Part shown: piece after piece, positions 58,117 through 64,000 of the stretch
Layout of the letters: every line of letters starts with the position of its first letter
Numbering within the stretch: the first letter of the stretch is position 1
Source of the DNA: an uncultured delta proteobacterium
GTDB lineage: Bacteria; Desulfobacterota; Binatia; UBA9968
Assembly: GCA_963816145.1 (NCBI GenBank)
Contig: CAWFJP010000005.1
Coordinates: forward strand, 320,001-384,000
Length of the DNA: 64,000 nt
Direction of reading: 5' to 3'
Notes under the pieces: generated by a model
Told to the model about the DNA's origin: nothing
Databases searched by the model: none
The model's input: the letters and a program-made list of their open reading frames with translations, nothing else
Translations under genes and position numbers: made by a program

Positions 58117-59499
58117 CTAGTGCGCGGTCGCGTTTTTCTTGGGCAGATCATGACTGTCGTCGTGCGTTGAAAACGACGGTACGTTGTTGCCCGCCCCCAG
58201 TTTGATGATTCGGTCCTTGTATTCGTGGAGATCCTTGGTCGAGTTGCGGGTGTCGATCACCAGCTTGGCCGCTGCGGCAATTTGGCGCATGTCATAGGCG
58301 CTGTGATCGGTGAGGATAATCACGCAATCGTGTTTGGCGATCTCGGTAGGCGTTGCTTCAATCGATTTTAGGACGCTACCGCCAAGCCTTAGCGACGGCA
58401 CGAACGGGTCGTTATAGCTCAGATTCGCGCCCTTGTCGGAAAGTAAACGCATGACATCCAGCGCCGGCGACTCTCGGCAATCGCTGACATTTTTCTTGTA
58501 GGCGACACCCATGACCAAAACGTTGGAACCTCGAACGCTTTTCGAGAAGCGATTGAGACCATCGCTGACCATGTCGGCGACGATATTGGGCATCATGCCG
58601 TTGATCTCCGCTGCCAGGCCAATGAACCGAGCCTGAAAATTGAGGGCTTTTAGTTTCCACGCCAGGTAATGCGGATCGATGGGGATGCAGTGGCCGCCCA
58701 GACCGGGACCTGGATAGAACGGGCTAAAGCCAAATGGTTTGGTGGCCGCGGCATCGATCACTTCATAGACATCGACGCCGAGCAGATCGCACATCATGGC
58801 AAGCTCGTTGACCATGCCGATGTTGACGCTGCGAAAGGTGTTTTCCAAGAGTTTGACCATTTCAGCACATTTCGTGCTGCTTACGGGTATGACTCGTTCG
58901 ATAAAAGCTGAGTAAAACAAGCGGGCGATTTCCGTACATTCCGAAGTGATACCGCCGACGATTTTGGGCGTGTTGTGGGTGTTGAAAGAGACATTGCCTG
59001 GATCGATCCGTTCCGGCGAAAAGGCGACGTAGAAATCGCTGCCAACTTTGAGACCGGAGTTTTCGAGCTCGGGTACGATCAGCTCGTCCGTGGTCCCCGG
59101 ATAGGTGGTGCTTTCCAGCACGATCAATTGCCCCGGATGGAGGTATTTGCGGATCTCTTCGGTCGCCGAAAGGATAAATGAGATATCCGGATCGCGGCTT
59201 TTGCTGAGCGGCGTCGGCACGCAAATGCTCACCGTATCGGCGTCTTTTAACGCGCTAAAATCATAGGTCGCGGTGAACTTGCCGGCGTTAACAGCGTCGG
59301 CGATGGTCTGGTCGGGTACATCCTGAATATATGACTTTCCTTGTTTCAGAGTGGCGATCTTGCCATGGTCCAGGTCGATACCGACGACTTTGAAACCGGC
59401 AGCGGCGATTTCCATAGCCAATGGCAGGCCGACATAGCCCAGGCCGATGACAGCAGCAATGGCTTGGCGATTCTCGATTTTACTTCTTGTTGCGTTCAA
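58117..59499 (-). CDS. Nucleotide-sugar 6-dehydrogenase (WbpA/WecC-like)
   Basis: GLGYVGLP, CVPTP, LESTTYPGTT, SPER.DPG, GGHCIP.DP, YK.N..D.RESP. Confidence 0.92.
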   Translation of the reverse strand: MNATRSKIENRQAIAAVIGLGYVGLPLAMEIAAAGFKVVGIDLDHGKIATLKQGKSYIQDVPDQTIADAVNAGKFTATYDFSALKDADTVSICVPTPLSKSRDPDISFILSATEEIRKYLHPGQLIVLESTTYPGTTDELIVPELENSGLKVGSDFYVAFSPERIDPGNVSFNTHNTPKIVGGITSECTEIARLFYSAFIERVIPVSSTKCAEMVKLLENTFRSVNIGMVNELAMMCDLLGVDVYEVIDAAATKPFGFSPFYPGPGLGGHCIPIDPHYLAWKLKALNFQARFIGLAAEINGMMPNIVADMVSDGLNRFSKSVRGSNVLVMGVAYKKNVSDCRESPALDVMRLLSDKGANLSYNDPFVPSLRLGGSVLKSIEATPTEIAKHDCVIILTDHSAYDMRQIAAAAKLVIDTRNSTKDLHEYKDRIIKLGAGNNVPSFSTHDDSHDLPKKNATAH

Positions 59500-59505
59500 A
59501 CGAAG

Positions 59506-60903
59506 TTACCTCCCTAGATTGAGTTCAGCTTTTTCGCCCGTTTTTGAGGTCTTAAATTCCTTTACGTGGATTTCGTATTTATCGATAAGTTCATACAGAT
59601 TGACCCGGCTGATTCCCAATTCGCGGGCCGCTCGGCTGATGATGCCGCGGTTGCGCGCTAGGGCTTTCTTGACGAAGTCGATTTCGATGGCCTGCTTGGC
59701 AAATTTCAAATTCACTTCGGTCGCATTGTCATCGAAAGCGAATCCAAAGTCTCTAGATTTGAGTACACTGCGAGGGCTCAACACCACCGCGCGGCTGATT
59801 AGATTCTCCAACTCGCGTACATTGCCTGGCCAAGGATGCATGAGCAGAGCCGCTTCGGCTTCGGGTGAAAGGCTCATGGCCGGTTTGCGATGTTCTTGAC
59901 AAAACCGGCGCAGGAAATGTTGTGCTAACGGGACGATGTCGTCTTTGCGATCGCGCAGCGCCGGCATGTCGAGTGGGACGACTTTAAGCCGATAGTAGAG
60001 ATCCTCGCGGAATACATGATTTTTCATGTCCTTTTGCAGGTCTCGATTAGTGGCGGCGATGATTCTAAGATCGACTTCAATCGGTTGCGTGCCACCCACT
60101 CGTTCGATGCGGCGATCTTGCAGGAAGCGTAAGAGCTTTACCTGTAAACGCGGCGCTAGTTCACCGATCTCATCGAGGAATAGCGTGCCGGTGTGGGCCA
60201 ACTCGAATTTGCCTTTTTTTTGGGCATGGGCTCCGGTGAAAGCGCCTTTCTCGTGACCGAAGAGTTCGCTTTCGAGAAGGTTCTCGGGAATGGCGCCGCA
60301 ATTTACGACTACAAACGGTTTGTTTTTACGCGGGCTATGGCGATGAATGGCGTTGGCAACGACCTCTTTACCGGTACCGCTCTCACCGCAAATTAGCACC
60401 GATATGTCCGACCCGGCGACTCTTTCGATGAAGCGAAAGATGTTCTTCATGGATTTTGACCGACCAATAATACCATCAAACCCGTCTGCCGAGCCGGGGA
60501 GCTTCTCCTGGATTTTCTGTTGCAGTTGGTAAATGTGAAATGCCCGTTGGAGAATCACTTTTATCTCGTCAAGGCGCAGCGGCTTCGCGTAATAATCACA
60601 TGCTCCTAAGCGCACGGCACGAATCGCGTTGAGGTCTTCGCTGTTCCCGGTAATCACTATCGCGCGGGTCGCCGGCTCGGTGGACAGGAATTGTTCCAGT
60701 AGCCGGAGGCCGCCGAGATCGTCCGGGTTCAGCCGGTTCAAGGAGAGATCGAGGGTGACCACTGGCGGGTGCTCGCGTTCGAAGAGTTGGATCGCGTCGT
60801 CTTCATTCGATGCGGTGAGGATCTCGTATTCGGACTCCATCGACCAGCGCATCTGTTTGAGGATATTCTCCTCGTCATCGACCATTAAAATTTTTGGTTT
60901 CAC
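59506..60903 (-). CDS. prsR: PEP-CTERM-type sigma54-dependent response regulator PrsR-like
   Basis: KQMRWS, PPVVTLDL receiver signature; GESGTGKE, GAFTGA, WPGNVRELEN, Fis HTH. Confidence 0.85.
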   Translation of the reverse strand: MKPKILMVDDEENILKQMRWSMESEYEILTASNEDDAIQLFEREHPPVVTLDLSLNRLNPDDLGGLRLLEQFLSTEPATRAIVITGNSEDLNAIRAVRLGACDYYAKPLRLDEIKVILQRAFHIYQLQQKIQEKLPGSADGFDGIIGRSKSMKNIFRFIERVAGSDISVLICGESGTGKEVVANAIHRHSPRKNKPFVVVNCGAIPENLLESELFGHEKGAFTGAHAQKKGKFELAHTGTLFLDEIGELAPRLQVKLLRFLQDRRIERVGGTQPIEVDLRIIAATNRDLQKDMKNHVFREDLYYRLKVVPLDMPALRDRKDDIVPLAQHFLRRFCQEHRKPAMSLSPEAEAALLMHPWPGNVRELENLISRAVVLSPRSVLKSRDFGFAFDDNATEVNLKFAKQAIEIDFVKKALARNRGIISRAARELGISRVNLYELIDKYEIHVKEFKTSKTGEKAELNLGR

Positions 60904-60928
60904 TGATTCACGCCCAATTCTAAGATGC

Positions 60929-62131
60929 TTAGATTCGTGGGAACTCTAACTCGACCGTGGTTCCTCTGTTGACTTGGCTGTCGATACGGATATGGCCGCC
61001 GTGGACTTCAACGATCGAACGAGTATGACACATCCCGATGCCCATGCCGCGCTCTTTGGTGGTTTGAAACGGACGAAAGACATTTTGCAATTGCTCGGGC
61101 GGTATACCACAGCCTGTGTCGCGAATCGCCGCGAAGATTTTACCAGGATCGGTCGCGCCAACGCTAATGTCGACAGCCCCCTGGCCTTTGGGGAGGCTTT
61201 GGATGGCATTCAACAGGATGTTGGTAAAAACTTTTTGCAGTAACTCAGGGTCCCCTAAAATAATTGGTGGGGCATCCTGTGGGGGAAATTTCGTGGTGAT
61301 CATTACACCGGTGCGCTGTGCGAGTTTGAGATCCTCAAAAGTGTTATGGATAACTTCTAGGATGTTGACCGGTTGCTGGTTGAGGGTGAATTGTCCGCGC
61401 TGTATAGAAAGACTGGCAATTAGGCTAATCATTTTGTCGGTGGTTTGCGTGAATGTAGCAAAAGCATCAGCAACGAAATCGGGGTTTTGATTTAGATGTT
61501 TGGCATTTTCCAATGTCATACTCTGGAGAGTCGCCAAGTTCTTTAGATCGTGAATGATGAAAGCGGTAAGCCGATGGAACGAATCCCATTCCCGCCTCAA
61601 GGACAATTCTTCGGTAACTTTGTGCCTAATGATCAAGTTCGCCATTTGATTCCTGATTTTTAACAAGAATCGATCATTCTTGGCGGACACGCTGTTGCGG
61701 CTTTGATTTTTACTTACACCCAATATTGCTAGAAACTCGTTATTGTTTTCAACGAAGACATAACGGGTAATGCCAAGTTCCCTTAAATTATCTTCGTTTT
61801 CGATCGGACGGGAGCATTCCGGATCGGGGGTACCGGAAATTTCAAAAATTTTGTCTACCTCGGCAGGTTCCAAATCTCTTGCCCTGCGGATTGTGCTATG
61901 GCGACGGCGCTCATCGATATTTGTCGGCGAGTGATAATAGTACAGCCTATACGTCATATCAGAGTAATTGGCGGGCAGCCATAATGCGACATGGCGCACG
62001 AGCATGACGCTTGCGATGCGTTTTGCGATTATCGGAAACACCTCGGCTAGATTTAGTGTGCTGCTGGTGTTATCGGGAACCGGCGCCCGGAGATTACCAA
62101 AGTCGTATGATTTTTCAACAAAAGTATTCAT
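60929..62131 (-). CDS. prsK: PrsK-like histidine kinase lacking the N-terminal membrane region
   Basis: F.RL.AFIIHDLKN...NA.....NPDF..D, NILLNA, DTGCGI, FQTTK..GMGIG; 400 aa, no TM. Confidence 0.75.
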   Translation of the reverse strand: MNTFVEKSYDFGNLRAPVPDNTSSTLNLAEVFPIIAKRIASVMLVRHVALWLPANYSDMTYRLYYYHSPTNIDERRRHSTIRRARDLEPAEVDKIFEISGTPDPECSRPIENEDNLRELGITRYVFVENNNEFLAILGVSKNQSRNSVSAKNDRFLLKIRNQMANLIIRHKVTEELSLRREWDSFHRLTAFIIHDLKNLATLQSMTLENAKHLNQNPDFVADAFATFTQTTDKMISLIASLSIQRGQFTLNQQPVNILEVIHNTFEDLKLAQRTGVMITTKFPPQDAPPIILGDPELLQKVFTNILLNAIQSLPKGQGAVDISVGATDPGKIFAAIRDTGCGIPPEQLQNVFRPFQTTKERGMGIGMCHTRSIVEVHGGHIRIDSQVNRGTTVELEFPRI

Positions 62132-62436
62132 GGTAAAATTAGCATTTGACTGGCAAACTTCTTGTTGAGCGAATGCGTACGAAACGACATAACCGACAGT
62201 CCTACGGTAAACAGACGAGCTCCGGGAGCCATCCGTCCCGGGGAATTGACTTGGAAAAAGCCAAGGAAGGGCATGGTTCTAAGCAGAACCTTGCACCATT
62301 CCCACGCGATAAAATGGTGACGGCAGACTTTGGCCGTCTGACCTAGGAGAAATAACAACATCGTTACTTTAACATCAACATGAAAGTAAAAAAGGAGTTA
62401 GCTACGTTGAATGTTCGATAAAACAAGATTTTCTTA

Positions 62437-62452
62437 AGCAAGTGTTGTGCCG
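62437..62452 (-). promoter_or_regulatory. sigma54 -24/-12 promoter facing prsK-prsR
   Basis: CGGCAC-AACAC-TTGCT with GG-N10-GC spacing. Confidence 0.6.
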
Positions 62453-62643
62453 CTACCCGCTGGTGGTAGGGTTGTTCTTAATTTGATTCCCTGTTGAACC
62501 CGCGTTTTCAGACGAGGAACCTTTGAGTTGACTGCCGATGTGGACCGAGGGAGTACAGAGCGAAGCAAGAATAGAGAGTTAATATTGAGATAGGACTTAG
62601 GAACAGCTTGGCCTGCTGCAGAGACATGCCGTCCCCTTGCGAT

Positions 62644-62775
62644 GAGACTCTGTCGCAACGGTCATTCCGAGGTGAAGCCGAGGAATCTCTTCTTCGTATG
62701 TGGCTGAATATACGAGATCCCTCGCTCCGCTCGGGATGACAGATGTGGGGCATCTGCACATTACGACACAGCCTC
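62644..62775. mobile_element. MITE-like element with 15-bp imperfect terminal inverted repeats enclosing a GTCAT-type REP doublet
   Basis: GAGACTCTGTCGCAA / TTACGACACAGCCTC (12/15 match); inner GTCATTCCGAGG..GGAATCTC ... GAGATCCCTCGCTCCGCTCGGGATGAC. Confidence 0.6.
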
Positions 62776-63412
62776 GCCGGGGAGAGGGTTAATCTGGGAA
62801 TTTGACTTCTCCATGGTCCGGGCGGTGTTCCAACTATGTGGCTTAAGGATGGCAAGCAGTCTAAATTCCGGTTTCGGGTATTTGCCTGCGTTTATACCTG
62901 CTCGTTACGAATAGGCTGGAGATGCGCCAAGCGTACTTTTGATAACTTTACTTTAATTTGCGCAGGTTAATCCCTTCGCGCCATCCGTGGTACTTAACCG
63001 ACCTTTACCCAGTTATTTATTTTCTTCGGTGTTCTACTCTAGTTTGGCTCGACACCGTGGTTTTCTCCCTGCCGGGGGATGGAAATTCAATCAAATTGAG
63101 TCGGATGAGGAACTTGGAGTTAACTAAATGTGCCAAAGAAGGGATCGGGCAAGAAGTAATAATGACAAAAAGTGACTGAAAGTGACGTTCTCGATTCACT
63201 AAAGCGACGAAGGTCGAGATAAATCTTGCTCAATAGCGTATGCTACGATTAAAATACTAATTTAGAACGTTTCCGAAGAAGGATGCGAAGTTTGGCTCAA
63301 TAGGTCATCTCCGGGGGCGCATGCGTTGCCACAGCGGAAGTTGGTAATTTGCTCTGTTTTTGAAGATAGAAATTGCGCTTTTAGGCAAAAATGTTTGATA
63401 GATTAGTCTAAA

Positions 63413-64000
63413 ATGACCAAACCTCTACTGAAAAAAAGCGCCGATTCGAGACTGACTAGCCGTTTGGGCAAAGATTCGTATGAAGAACCGTCTTTGCTCG
63501 ATGGATTCCCTTGCATCTTCTACGAAGCTGATAATTCGCTTAGAATCCTTCGTGCATCACCGAACGTCCACGAGCTCATCGGAATCGAACGTGAAAGAAT
63601 AATCGGGGTCAGTTGGTTATTTGATGAGGGAGTCGTGCCAGCGGATCGCGGTCTATTGAAACAGAAATTCTTAGAATCGGGCCAGAGCGGAATAGCCTCC
63701 TTGATTCACCGACTGATCGACGATCGTGGCCGCATCGTCCGGGTGGCTCATAGTTTACAGAGGATAAACCGTCACAGACAAGACTTAATCAGAGGCAATA
63801 TTCTACCCCTGATAGTTTCTGATGGGAACGGCGTGGTTATCGATGTTGGATTCGTGTCAAAGTTCCTTCATAAGATAGGTAATCATTTTCAATTGCTCAA
63901 TCTAATGCTGCATTCTATTCGCCGCAGTGATTCTATATTGAAGGAATTGGAGCTGGTTCAGGAAACAACCGAAGAAGCCATCGATCTAACTCACATATTT
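63413..64000 (+). CDS. PAS-domain histidine kinase, 3'-truncated by window edge (absent from ORF track)
   Basis: Open from ATG 63413 to the window end: PCIFYEAD..RASPNVHELIG (PAS-like), HRLIDDRGRIVRV, then H-box-like FLHKIGNHFQLL. Confidence 0.7.
   Translation, partial: MTKPLLKKSADSRLTSRLGKDSYEEPSLLDGFPCIFYEADNSLRILRASPNVHELIGIERERIIGVSWLFDEGVVPADRGLLKQKFLESGQSGIASLIHRLIDDRGRIVRVAHSLQRINRHRQDLIRGNILPLIVSDGNGVVIDVGFVSKFLHKIGNHFQLLNLMLHSIRRSDSILKELELVQETTEEAIDLTHIF

Noticed and set aside
62140-62430. c-di-GMP (GEMM) riboswitch in the prsK leader
   Set aside because: The conserved GGCAAAC..GAAA..GACGCAAA arrangement is not recognisable on the minus strand.

Overview
A 64 kb, GC-rich bacterial chromosome window. 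The many orphan ABC substrate-binding proteins (SBPs), amidohydrolase-2 paralogs, GAF kinases, PrsK/PrsR and an SPL-like triad resemble deltaproteobacterial lineages such as Ca. Binatota; this is an inference from gene content, not a taxonomic assignment. Recognisable genes include nadA, rmlACBD, murI, secA, prsR/prsK-like, an slt-like gene and coxG. The strongest hidden signal is selenocysteine (Sec) recoding that the ORF track splits. (1) 16996..18630 is a single 544-aa UGSC-motif selenoprotein fused to a conserved uncharacterised domain, in a nadA-selenoprotein-SBP run. (2) 35109..36380 is a 423-aa GrdB-like selenoprotein with UxxSxxS in place of the canonical UxxCxxC. It is paired with a GrdE-like subunit lacking the pyruvoyl-precursor Cys, and grdA/C/D are absent from the window. 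Both TGA codons are followed after 11 nt by a perfect hairpin with a G-first loop (SECIS-like), and both proteins share an ungapped U-G-x-x-T-x9-L-E-x-A-G-I-x-T-V motif. Together they suggest Sec-dependent reductive chemistry on unknown substrates. Other notable items: an unannotated 20-aa CxxC/basic peptide with RBS and terminator; a SecA with ~280 residues in its variable region; a PrsK lacking its membrane domain; a +1 frameshifted TPR lipoprotein; and many periodic palindromic intergenic repeats, some supplying start or stop codons or part of a signal peptide. No rRNA, tRNA, CRISPR array or transposase was seen.
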